Source: Eremomyces bilateralis CBS 781.70 (taxonomy: Eukaryota). Taken from it: a stretch of 20,000 nt of DNA. The stretch lies in the NCBI GenBank assembly GCA_010015585.1, contig ML975154.1. One strand, written 5' to 3'. Under the pieces are notes generated by a model, which ran no database searches, was not told the origin of the DNA, and was given only the letters and a program-made list of their open reading frames with translations. Position numbers and translations under genes: made by a program. Below are positions 10,301 through 20,000 of this stretch, in pieces (the first letter of the stretch is position 1; each line of letters begins with the position of its first letter).

Positions 10301-10929
10301 CGGGAAGGGCAAAGCGAGCCCCGACATGATGGACAGTCCTGGAAGCAGCAACGAGAGTAGGGAGTCCGGTGAATCGGATGGGTCGCAAGCCACGAAGAAA
10401 GACGACGAAACGAGTGCAGCTTCGGAGACCCGGCGGACGACTGACGGGAGTGGGAAGGATGCGAGGTGCGTTCTCCCATATCCCTCCTAACCCACCTCTC
10501 ACCTCTCTTCTCCGCACTCCCACAGCCCAACCTCCACCGCTCCTTGACACCTAACCATCCACCAGCGATCCCACCGCCCGCACCCACCCCTCCCCCTCCA
10601 CCGAAGTCCCCCGCCCTTCCGCCAGTATCGACGAATCCTTCAGTCCTACCGGGACCCTCCGCGCCCGCTCCAACTCCAGCCGCACATCTCCTTCCAACTC
10701 CAGCCGCACACCCCCCTCCGGCAGCCACTCCACCACCTCAGATGCGTTCCCCTGGATGCAGAACCTGCACCTCTCGGACGTGCGGAAGCTCGCCCCCGCG
10801 AATCTGATGCGCGAATGGGAACGCTCGTTGTCGCCGCCGGCGGAGGAGCGGGGTGCGAATGCAGAGGAGGGGACGATGCAGAAGGAGGGGTTGATGGAGA
10901 TTGCGGAGGAGGGGGAGGAGGGGAGGTAG
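7311..10929 (+). CDS. DUF4048-family (yeast Tda11-like) coiled-coil, Ser/Pro-rich protein; exons 7311-10465 and 10566-10929; true start may be ATG 8427 or 8523
   Basis: Recognisable blocks are FLTILAAQERKVLELREELGKAEAELGELKKKW, RKVFSGSRHTRALSLL and AKQTAEGLKDGLWTFFEDIRQATVGEE. A phase-2 intron at 10466-10565 (GTGCGT...CTAAC...CAG) gives a last exon with FPW...ANLMREWERSLSPP and TAG at 10927-10929. Confidence 0.85.
10669..10710 (+). repeat. Coding tandem duplication, 24-nt period (SNSSRT twice)
   Basis: TCCAACTCCAGCCGCACA at 10669-10686 and 10693-10710. Confidence 0.9.
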
Positions 10930-11863
10930 TTGGTGGACGGTTAGCGAGGGGGGGGCTTCATAATCGAAGGGGGTCCGCGAGAAGGTCCCACGGCGATGGA
11001 TCACGAGGACCTATAGCTTGGACAGACGAGGAGAAGGACGAGACGTAATGTATGATAAAGATAAACGAACGACTGTGTATGATAATGAACGAAGGGCATG
11101 AGCACTGAAAATTGCCGATGCGGACCGTTGGAGAAAATCGGGCGCCATGCCAGCTTCGCGGCTTGGGTTTTGGTGGAAAACGGTACATAATAGAGCAGCT
11201 GGCTGAGCTATCGTAATTATCCTAAATGAATAGAGCATCTACTACCTACATTGCGACGGCTGGGGTGGTTTCTTTCCTCCCGGACTTTGGAGTTCGATTA
11301 CAATATTTATACGTAGGCAGGTACCATAGTTGCCAACCCAAAAATCGTGGGTGTCGAAGCGACCGACAACTTATTCTCTACTTCCAACCTTCCAAGTTCC
11401 AACCAACCTATTTGGTGGTAAATCAGAAGATTCCGAGTCAGATGGGCTCCCGAAATCAGGTAAGTTCAGCGTCATATTTTCCACTGCCTGCGTCTACGAT
11501 TTCACTCCGAGCCTCTCCCAAATTGCCACCGGTTGGCGAGTTCATTTTTCAAAGCCTTCCGTCCGTTACATCTTAGATTACTCCGTTCACGGTTCTTATA
11601 TGACTATGCGGAGAGTCAATGTACTATTCGAGTTCATGATTACCACAGGTTGCACGTCGCTGTGACTTGAAGAGTCACTCAAATGGGTTTCTTGTATTTC
11701 AATGATTACGGGTCCCAGGACAGTGCCTCAGTAACCGAAATCGCTTGTTCCATTGACAACTCATCGATATTGCCGATACTAGAAAGTCCCAACTATCCAA
11801 CACCTTAGAAGCCAGAACTCTTCCAATCTTCACCTCTCCACCTCGCCACCTTGACTTCCGTCA

Positions 11864-13345
11864 TCACTCCCCTCCTCCCACCCACTCCTTCGACTCCGCC
11901 TCCTCCCACCGAGCAGTAGGCTCTTGCACCGGCAATGCCACCAGCAGATCTTCCCCACCCTCCTCCGGATTTGCAAACCGGTCCAAACGCCCCGGAATCC
12001 TCCCGAATTGATCCACCGCCCACTCCAAAAACCGCGGAGTGCGAGGGGGTGTGCCGGATCGCGATCGACGGTTCTCGTGCGCTGTCGCCTCATGCCCGCT
12101 GCGGAGTTCGAACTGCGCTCGTCGGCGCACCCACTCTTCTTCGGATACGGCTGGGAGATTAGGTGCTGAGAGTGGGCGGCGGTGGATGGCTGCTACCGGG
12201 CTAGATTTTCGGGATGGCGCTGGCGAAGGCATGCAGATAGATAGGGGGCGCAACTCGATTCCGGTGGCGAAGGATGAGGGGCTGGGTGGTAGGAGTGCCT
12301 CGAGGGAGGATAGTTCGTCATCGCAACTGAATGGACTGATCCGGGGCGAAGGGTGGCAGTGAGCGAGGCGGGACCACACAGAACGTCGTTTGGCTTGCTC
12401 GTCGTGTTCTTCAGCAGCGGTAAAGAAAAGCTTTGACCGCGTTGAGGAAGAGGAACGGACGGACGGGGACCAGATGACCTTTATGGAAACTTTCTGGAGA
12501 CCAGGGGTTTGCTGATTGTAGTAGGTATGGGTCAAACTGAGGAGCGTGAAGAAGCACATCATGCTGCCCAATACGCTGGAGAGCAGAAACAGCCAGATCG
12601 GAACGGAAGGGATGGATATCGGGTTGATCTTCAGGGGGAGAGGTCCACTGCCGAGCGGCCCAGAGACCCGGGCAGATCTAGTCCCATTGATAGGCGTGGC
12701 CAGTGGTACTGCTATGATCGATGTGGTATGCGCTGACGCGGCGGCGAAACAGGGTTGAATAGGGTTCTGGCAGCCCCTACATATGGCTTCAGTGGTATGT
12801 TCTTCAGTTGGAGAATCGGCCTGGGTCTCGTATATCTCCACGCTGAAGGTCTCGGATATCGGTGTTGTAGTCGCCAATATTGCCACAGGAGCTTTGCGGC
12901 ATCCGGTGTAGACAGTTTCCGCTGTGGTGTCCTCATAGGTTGTTTCGGGGTCGGCCGCAGAGGAGCAGGGTGCAACGCAGCTGCGGAGTTCAGTGTTGGC
13001 GACCGTGGATGACGCATCGCCAGTAGCTACGAGTAGCTTAAGTCGCTTCTTGCCGACATCGTGGATGTCCTGGAGAAAACCATATCCGCGTGCGATGTCT
13101 TCGGCTTTGCGACGAGGTTTGACCACAATACCCTGCACGATGCCATTGAGGACTGCTCCTGGGACAGTCCCTCTGGTATTGTTTGGGTTCCAAGAGGAAT
13201 TCCCACCCTTCTCATGGAGGTTCAGGCTCTCAAGATCCATATTGAATCTTTGTCTTTGATAATATGAAAGCAAACACAAGGAAAGGGAAGAGCAAGGGAT
13301 CAAGGCTGACTGTCGCCACCCTCTTCCAAGATGGTACCGGGCCAT
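11864..13345 (-). CDS. Hypothetical fungal protein with one predicted transmembrane segment (start may be ATG 13240)
   Basis: 493-codon ORF with a Thr/Glu-rich middle region, a hydrophobic stretch (VPIWLFLLSSVLGSMMCFFTLLSL), a Ser/Pro-rich tail and a C-terminal FLEWAVDQF...EGGEDLLVALPV block. No family recognised. Confidence 0.7.
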   Translation of the reverse strand: MARYHLGRGWRQSALIPCSSLSLCLLSYYQRQRFNMDLESLNLHEKGGNSSWNPNNTRGTVPGAVLNGIVQGIVVKPRRKAEDIARGYGFLQDIHDVGKKRLKLLVATGDASSTVANTELRSCVAPCSSAADPETTYEDTTAETVYTGCRKAPVAILATTTPISETFSVEIYETQADSPTEEHTTEAICRGCQNPIQPCFAAASAHTTSIIAVPLATPINGTRSARVSGPLGSGPLPLKINPISIPSVPIWLFLLSSVLGSMMCFFTLLSLTHTYYNQQTPGLQKVSIKVIWSPSVRSSSSTRSKLFFTAAEEHDEQAKRRSVWSRLAHCHPSPRISPFSCDDELSSLEALLPPSPSSFATGIELRPLSICMPSPAPSRKSSPVAAIHRRPLSAPNLPAVSEEEWVRRRAQFELRSGHEATAHENRRSRSGTPPRTPRFLEWAVDQFGRIPGRLDRFANPEEGGEDLLVALPVQEPTARWEEAESKEWVGGGE

Positions 13346-14467
13346 TCAGTAGTGTATGAAGGATTAAAGAGCGCAAATGAGGTTGCTATGAGAGTGCTTG
13401 AAGCAAAACAGCTCAGTGTCAGTTTATAAGAAAGAACATCAGGCCAAAGACGGTCACTTGTGTGAGACAAGAGCTAAGGCTGTCCAGGCTACAGTCATGA
13501 ACTCGACTCAGTCCTCATTGTTGCAGGTACAGGGCAAATACTGTGGCCTAATAATGTACGTAGAGGTGTTCAATAGCTAGTTATATCGATACTGTAATCA
13601 TTGACACTATGAGTCGAGGGGGTTGAAAGCAACGGCCCCTTGTAGTCACTCAATCCAGTCAATCCTCGGCGACAGCCGGTTAAAATAGGGGAGCACTATC
13701 CCATTCACGATGATATAAGGCTTGCGGTATTGCTATAGATTATCTTTTCACAGGAATAAAACGGTTACGAAATGCCAGTCTTCAAAAGATAGCTTCTGCA
13801 GGTCTTGCATACATATTAGTCTCCGATATGTGTCGTGGCTGGTTAAGCAAAGTAGTTTCTGAAGCCTGAGTCAGGAAAGGCCCTTGGTTATGGCATCCAC
13901 TACAGTCGTATGCACCGCTTTGACTAATTCCCATAACCACTGCACAGAGATCCGCAATGCCCTCCCCTTTATGTCCATCGCCCTGCGGAATGGCGAGCAC
14001 ACCTATCTCCTGTCTAGCCTCATTGTCAGATCGACATATTCTACTCTACTGAGGGACGAATATGCTGTTTTACATGCATATTAGAATTCCTTTTAAGGAG
14101 CGTGGATGACTCATCGCAAGACATAGAACTTAGAAGACTACTTTGCTTCACGTAACCAGTGCGGATAGCGCTCGTATAAACTCTGTTCCTCAAGGTGGTA
14201 AAGTGTTAATCACGTGGTGCACAGGCCCTTTCACAATGAACATTTTATCCGGAATAAGAACTTAAGAGAAAGGCCTCCTCGAGACGAAGGCTGTTCTACC
14301 CCATCCGTATATCGCAGTCCGATGGTAAATATGATACAGCGCTGCCCCATTTTAGCGCAGCAAGGATGGCTCGAAAGCAAGCCCCCAGGTCCACCCAGAA
14401 ATAGCCCAGTTGGCACTTCTGTCCTGTACGCCATGATATTGTACTCCTTATGAACGTGTTTCGTGCC

Positions 14468-15866
14468 TCAGAATGGCAAGTCAGTCTCAGTCAAAGCTTT
14501 GACGAGCTTAGGCCGGCCCAAGTCAACCGCCTTGTTCCCAATGACCTCTCCCAACTTATCGCCGAGATAAGTTCTTGCATTGGCATGAGGGCTGTAAGGC
14601 CGGCTCAAGTCAGGCATATCATCCTCAACAAGCATCAGTCCTTTGAGTATAACTCTGATGACAGCTTCCGCTTCGCTTTTCTTCGCATCGTCTGCAAGGC
14701 TTTCCTTGAGGACGCTGTCGTACAACTTCAAGTTCGGGATAATCAAAGCCCGTACTCCGTCGGGACCCGTGAGTCCCTGAAGTCCGACGATCGCACCGTA
14801 ATGCGTTCCCAACGGTTTATGCGGATCAAGGAATTTCTTCAAGCAGCTACGGGCCAGGCGAGGTTTGAGTTGCTGGCTACTCTTGCTATATTTCTTGGCG
14901 ATCTGGGTGAGAAGTGAACACGCTAGGTCACGAAGCTCCAGATGTGCAAGCGGGGTTGGATCTGCCGAAGGGTTGCCCAGATGCTTGCCTACTAGGCAAG
15001 TGAGGACCGGCACAACGAGCGCCTGAACGTAGGAGTCGAGGGAAAGATGTGGATTTTCAAGGAGAGCGCTGGTGAGGTGCATCATTTGTCGGAGGACGAA
15101 GAGGTCTTTGAGGTTGTGGGTCACCTTTTCGGCAACGAAGTTGATGAAATAGGGGACGAGTTGATGCAAACCGGGGTCGGTCTTGAGGCTTACGAGCGCC
15201 GCATCGCGGAACTCGTCGTTATTCTCGTCGAGGATTGCGGTGCAGACACGCTCGAAATACAGCTGTAGTTCCTTGGAAAGAATATGTTTAACAGGGGGCC
15301 GGAAGCTGAGGTTGTCGGCACCGCTTAGCGTGGCGAGAGTTGGATTTGCTTGCCCTTTCGGAAGGAGCTCTTGGTGTCTCCCATCGGCAGTTGACGGGTT
15401 TTGCGGTATCGAGGGTTGAACGCCTTCGACGGCTAGCCAATGTGCTGTACGATCTGTCAGTCGCTAGCTCGATTCCATCAAGCAATCGCAGCATACCTGT
15501 GAACGACACGTCTCGGGGCACCTTCGGTAAAGGAGCATTAATGAGCTTCTCTAAATCAACCTCCTCATCCTCGATGTAGAAGAGCGGTTGCCCGGGACCT
15601 ATCGAAGCTTCTCCAAAGCGGAGCGGTCTTGTTGACTCGTACCCGTACAGCGGCTCGACATCAAGTACTCTCAGCGCATTCGATATGTCTTGTGTCGTCA
15701 TCGTTGTTCGTTTCGAGTGCCTCATAACTCTCATCGCTTCCAAGAGCACTTGGCCAATCCGATATTCGACATCGCGTGTGAGATTGTCGACGACATCCTT
15801 CGGTAAATTGGATACGCCGACGGACTCGGCAACGTCGCGGATGTTGTCCGGATTCCAGATAGACAT
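14468..15866 (-). CDS. TAF6: Transcription initiation factor TFIID/SAGA subunit 6; exons 15866-15497 and 15444-14468, 448 aa
   Basis: Histone-fold N-terminus ([17 protein letters not shown]...[10 protein letters not shown]...[29 protein letters not shown]). A 52-nt phase-1 intron at 15496-15445 (GTATGC...CTGAC...CAG) restores [22 protein letters not shown]-like region follows ([19 protein letters not shown]). Confidence 0.97.
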
Positions 15867-17716
15867 GGTGATAGGCCAGGAAACTGCTGCTACTCTTGAG
15901 GCAAAGCTCAAGGGCAGCGGAGTACACACAGTTAGGTGTAGCGCATCAAAGAAGCCTTTTGTCGCAAAGCTGGGCAATGAATTCGCTTGTGCCTTGTGAT
16001 GATGACGGGAATTAGTCAGGTGGGCCACAGGATATTGCTGTGAAATGCAAGACAGGCCGTTCCAGCACTTGTCCCGAGTATGTGATAGTGGATTTCAATT
16101 GTAAAACGAGTCAACTGTGCTGGTCATGGTCAGTCGCATGTTCACTGCAAGCTGGATGATGGATGGATGTTGATGGGATTTGTCGCCTTGTCGCCTTGAT
16201 TATCTCATTGATGCCTGACGATTATTTCTGTTTCATTACTTACGCGACCTGGTTACAATACAGCGACCCAACCACCCATTTCATCCAACGCTTAGGGCGT
16301 TACCGATATCGCGATGAATTCTCTCAAACACTGAAATATACTTTGTACGTTCAGCTAGCCCTTCCCTTGAGTCCGGGCTGTGCGCATCGAATGCAAAAGC
16401 ACGCTCCCTCTGGCACCGATGATGCCTTCATCCCCGGGCCGCTCTCCTTCGAAGCAAACATCCAACCGCGATCCAATACCATTTCGGAACCAAAGCTTCC
16501 GCCTGCTTTAAGATATGGGTGCTGGCATCGGCTGTTCTAGGCACTGCCTGAGATGATACAGAACCGGATTACACGCATATCAGCCTCAATCCGGAGCAAC
16601 ATTCCGTTCTTCCATTCGGCTCCAGCCCTTGAACATGTGAAACGTGTACGGAGTACAAACGGCTACGATCTTTCACTGTCACATTTTCTAGACTACGATT
16701 TGTAGCGGAGCTCCGGACAAGCACCCGGTGCGCCCATACGACGCGTCGCGTTCTTATGTGGACCTTAGGACAAGTCCGTCTTATCCTATCAATCGACATC
16801 GTCTAGGAGCGTTGGGTGTCAGTCTGTCAGATGTTCTGCATCCTGCCATATCCCGACGGTTATACCGTACACATCGGATGAAGTAGCAAGCAGCTTAGGC
16901 CTGCGTTTGGGATCAGATCGATATGTATAAGTTGGCAAGTTCCTTCTTCGAGACTACTTTTGTCACTCATTTTGCTTTTCTGTCTATTTCCTTCGGTCCG
17001 TGTTCCTACCACTCGCTTTTCTCGTCGTATTCTTCATGCAAGCAAAATTCAAATCGCCTAATCCTTCACACTCGACCATATCCTTTACATTGTTCCAATT
17101 CGCCAATGAACATGGAATCCGAACTTAGTGGCTTTCGGCCCGAACGAATCATCCCTTCCCTAGACGCATCTTGTCGGGATCGTTCAAGAGATGATCCACC
17201 ATCGCCTCCCCCTCAACCACCCCCGAGTCCTGCTGGACAATAGAAAGGTATCTATCTGCACAAATATTGAAACTCTAGGGTCCATGCTTACTTGCTGGTG
17301 AAGATGCTCAAGTGCACAATGTGCTGGCGGAGGAAGGGTCTCGATATGCGACTTTTAGACTATAGAACACTTGTGAACTTCTTCAGTTCAAATGCTACTC
17401 GGACCTTTTTGAGAAGAATAGCAGCCCTCCAGAGATCTCTTGCAGTTTGGAATGTGCTCCAAATTGAGTGCTTATACAACTTCAATCAGGAGGAATATGG
17501 AGGAATGGAATTCATGGCGACTCCAAACAATGAATCACGATCTCTTTCCCTTTATCCCCACGTTACAACAATGCTTCCGTGTTCATCATTATTCACTTTG
17601 TCTTATCCATGTCACATCCAAATTAAGCCTGTTCTGACCTCCCATTGCAATATTTATTCTTTAAAACTTTACAAACATTGAGTTTTAATGACACCACTGC
17701 ACACACGCACACAACG

Positions 17717-19307
17717 ATGGCTAACATAGTAGATGACACTGTCAATATCGTTATTCTCGGTGGATCTTTTGCAGGACTTTCTGTAGCCTATGGCTTCCTT
17801 GGAAAGATCGATGGCCACCTCCCGATCACGCGAACGGCGCCGAAATACCGAGTTGTTATGGTGTCGCCATCAACCCACCTATACTGGAACATCAGTTTGC
17901 CGCGAGCATTAGTCAGCCCTGAATTGATACCACATTCGAAGAGTTTCTTTTCTATTATTGAGTCATTCGCGAAGTATCCTGCCAGTAAATTCCAGTTCGT
18001 CCAAGGAGCGGCCATCAATGTTGAGACCACTCAACGCGTCGTCACCGTGTCGCTGGTTGGTGAACCCCGGGACAGGCGGTCGCGGTATTTGACGACAACC
18101 TCTTCAGACTCTAACCATCGACTAAGCACGGTACAGAGTTCTACATCTTCCAACCCTAGACTTTCGCAGGTCAGCGAAGATATATAAACCTGATCGACAT
18201 ACGATACCATGCCCTCATGTTGCGAGGGGAAGCTCGGCGGATTCTCTCCTCCTTTTCCTCAATCGCCGGCACGAGCGAACTATAGGTGCAATGAGCACTT
18301 TCCACATCAAGCTTATTGATGCAGGCAGCGTCTTAATTTGTGGCGGGGGGCCATCTGGATGCGAAATCGCTGGTCAACTCTCGATCTACTTCAACGAAGG
18401 CCTCAAGGGGGGGCGGGCAGAGGATGGCACTCCACGCCAAGGCAAGCTTAGCGATATGGCGAAGCGGCTTTCTCAAATTCTCTCTCCCGTCAAGTCGTCT
18501 TCTTCCGGAGAAGACTGGCTATCAAGGAGACCGAGAATCGGTCGCCGTAACAGTTCCTATTCCTTCCTATCTCGATTATCCTTCCCTTTCACAGACCGGA
18601 AACACTACAAGACTCCGGCTTCCGAACATAAACCCAAGCTCATCAACCTAATCTCCGGGAACGAGCGTCTCCTGACCCGTTTCCACCCCCCGTCGCGAAA
18701 GACGCCGAATCGCAACTTCACCCTCTTGGCGTCAATGTCCTCCCAGGAACTGCCGTCCGGCAAGGCGAAAGTGATCCTCTACAACGACGACATCCTCCTG
18801 GTCGACTGCTACACCGGCGCCACCGGCGTGAAACCCAACACCTCCTTCCTCTCTCCCGAGCTCCGAGACGCATCCGGCTACGTCAGCGTCGACCGGACCT
18901 TCCCCCACGTCGACCGCGCCGGCGACCGCGTCTATGCCATCGTCGACTGCGCCACCTATAGCAAGAACTACGCGCTGGATATCTACGACGCGTCGCCGGT
19001 ACTGCTATATAACCTGCGGAACGACCTGAAGGCTCACGAGCTGCGGAGGTAGTACCTGTACGGCGGCGTGGAAGACCAGATCGAGTCGATGTGTGTGAAT
19101 GCGGTGTTTGTGCAGAACCCGAGGATGACGCAGATGATGCCGCTCACACGATGGGGGGATGACGGTGCCTGGCTTGGCGGTGTGGGTGATGAAAGGGAGG
19201 GATTACCAGGTTGATATGGCGAGAAGGGTGGTGAGAGAAAGGGTGGCAATCCCTATGCGCCACACACGTACATAATGCCGACGCAAATGGCGGCGGGCAG
19301 GAAGTGA
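17717..19307 (+). pseudogene. AIF/AMID-like FAD-dependent pyridine nucleotide-disulfide oxidoreductase pseudogene
   Basis: Motifs NIVILGGSFAGLSVA, HLYWNISLPRALV, YHAL..A.GS, SVLICGGGPSGCEIAGQL, ATGVKPNTSFL and RVYAIVDCA. Frameshifts at about 18185, 18220 and 18690; an apparent deletion at about 18742; in-frame TAG at 19050-19052 with coding-like sequence continuing (TQMMPLTRWG, then VWVMKGRDY in another frame) to TGA 19305-19307. Confidence 0.88.
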
Positions 19308-19870
19308 GACATCAGGCAAGCCGTGTGAGCAAATGCCAAGTCAGTGTCCGCGACTCCCTCATGTAGGTTGCGGCTTTAGAACTTAGAACACCTTAATTCA
19401 ATGTCAAGCGTTAGATTCTACTCGATCAGAATGCATTACTACCAATGAATTAACAATTCTGATTTCTGGCTGTATCATTGTCTTGATAAGCTTTCCCTTG
19501 GCAAAATCACTTAGGCTGAAACGTCGTGCAGGCCCGGGTTCAACTGTTGTCTGTCCCTCCCTTGGTCGATTATGAAAGGTTGGGAGGCTCGGCGTGCAAG
19601 TGGCAGCTTTGCCCACCCAGATCTGACCTAAATCCACGAACGATTTCGGATTATGCGATGTTAGACTGGCTAATGTGAAGCGCCTAATTTCCTGATTTTA
19701 ACCCACGAGGGCCACCCACCAGAATTCCGCATCTGATAAGGAAGTGGGGGCAAAGCGAGAACGACAGGAGAGTTTGCAGCGAAGGCAGGCATTGGTCCTG
19801 AACCTGACCCCAATTCGGTAATCACGCCTTAACTCCGTCTATCTAGAACGTATCCGTGCCCCATGACCGC

Positions 19871-19931
19871 CCCACAACCGGAGGTTGTGGGTGCTCCCAG
19901 ACCAAAAGCACAACCCAGGCCAAAAGTACAA
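19871..19931. repeat. 9-bp perfect hairpin followed by an 18-bp tandem repeat (two copies)
   Basis: CCCACAACC-GGA-GGTTGTGGG (19871-19891); CCCAGACCAAAAGCACAA and CCCAGGCCAAAAGTACAA (19896-19931). Confidence 0.8.
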
Positions 19932-20000
19932 TTTTACTACCATCATCTATATATCAGAACTCAGGATGTAAATCGATATAAAAACCGAGATCCTCCGTAC

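Noticed and set aside
9904..10807. Gly-rich (minus) and Pro-rich (plus, 10466-10807) ORFs
   Set aside because: Shadow frames of the C-rich intron and last exon of the DUF4048 gene.
11049..11093. Short imperfect repeat TGTATGATAA...GAACGA (two copies)
   Set aside because: Ordinary low-complexity 3'-UTR or polyadenylation-region sequence.
15867..16028. N-terminal extension of the TAF6 ORF
   Set aside because: It starts at a non-ATG codon, and TAF6 resemblance begins at ATG 15866.
18131..18169. GT...CAG segment as an intron rescuing the oxidoreductase frame
   Set aside because: It is 39 nt and frame-neutral, so it does not bypass the TAA at 18185 or the later lesions.
19840..19891. Hairpin as a Helitron 3' end
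   Set aside because: The nearest CTAG is about 25 nt away, farther than typical, and no other Helitron features are visible.

Overview
Eukaryotic genomic window, most likely from a filamentous ascomycete (Pezizomycotina); this is inferred from short GT-AG introns with CTRAY branch sites and from the gene content. Four genes look intact: a secreted arylsulfatase (minus, 2 exons), a DUF4048/Tda11-like coiled-coil protein (plus, 2 exons), a hypothetical single-pass membrane protein (minus) and TFIID/SAGA subunit TAF6 (minus, 2 exons). Next to a 320-N assembly gap is an accessory block of about 2.8-6.9 kb. It holds a RecQ-like SF2 helicase whose motif II appears fused out of frame to a C-terminal-like segment (apparent internal deletion). 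Upstream of the helicase is an AT-rich, palindrome-rich 280-bp stretch ending in CACTG, a candidate end of a helicase-carrying DNA transposon (AcademH-like). Beyond that lies an unidentified, degenerate multi-exon gene. An AIF/AMID-like FAD oxidoreductase near the right end is a pseudogene with several frameshifts, deletions and a premature stop. No RNA genes or CRISPR arrays were recognised. All family assignments come from motif recognition by eye, with no database search.
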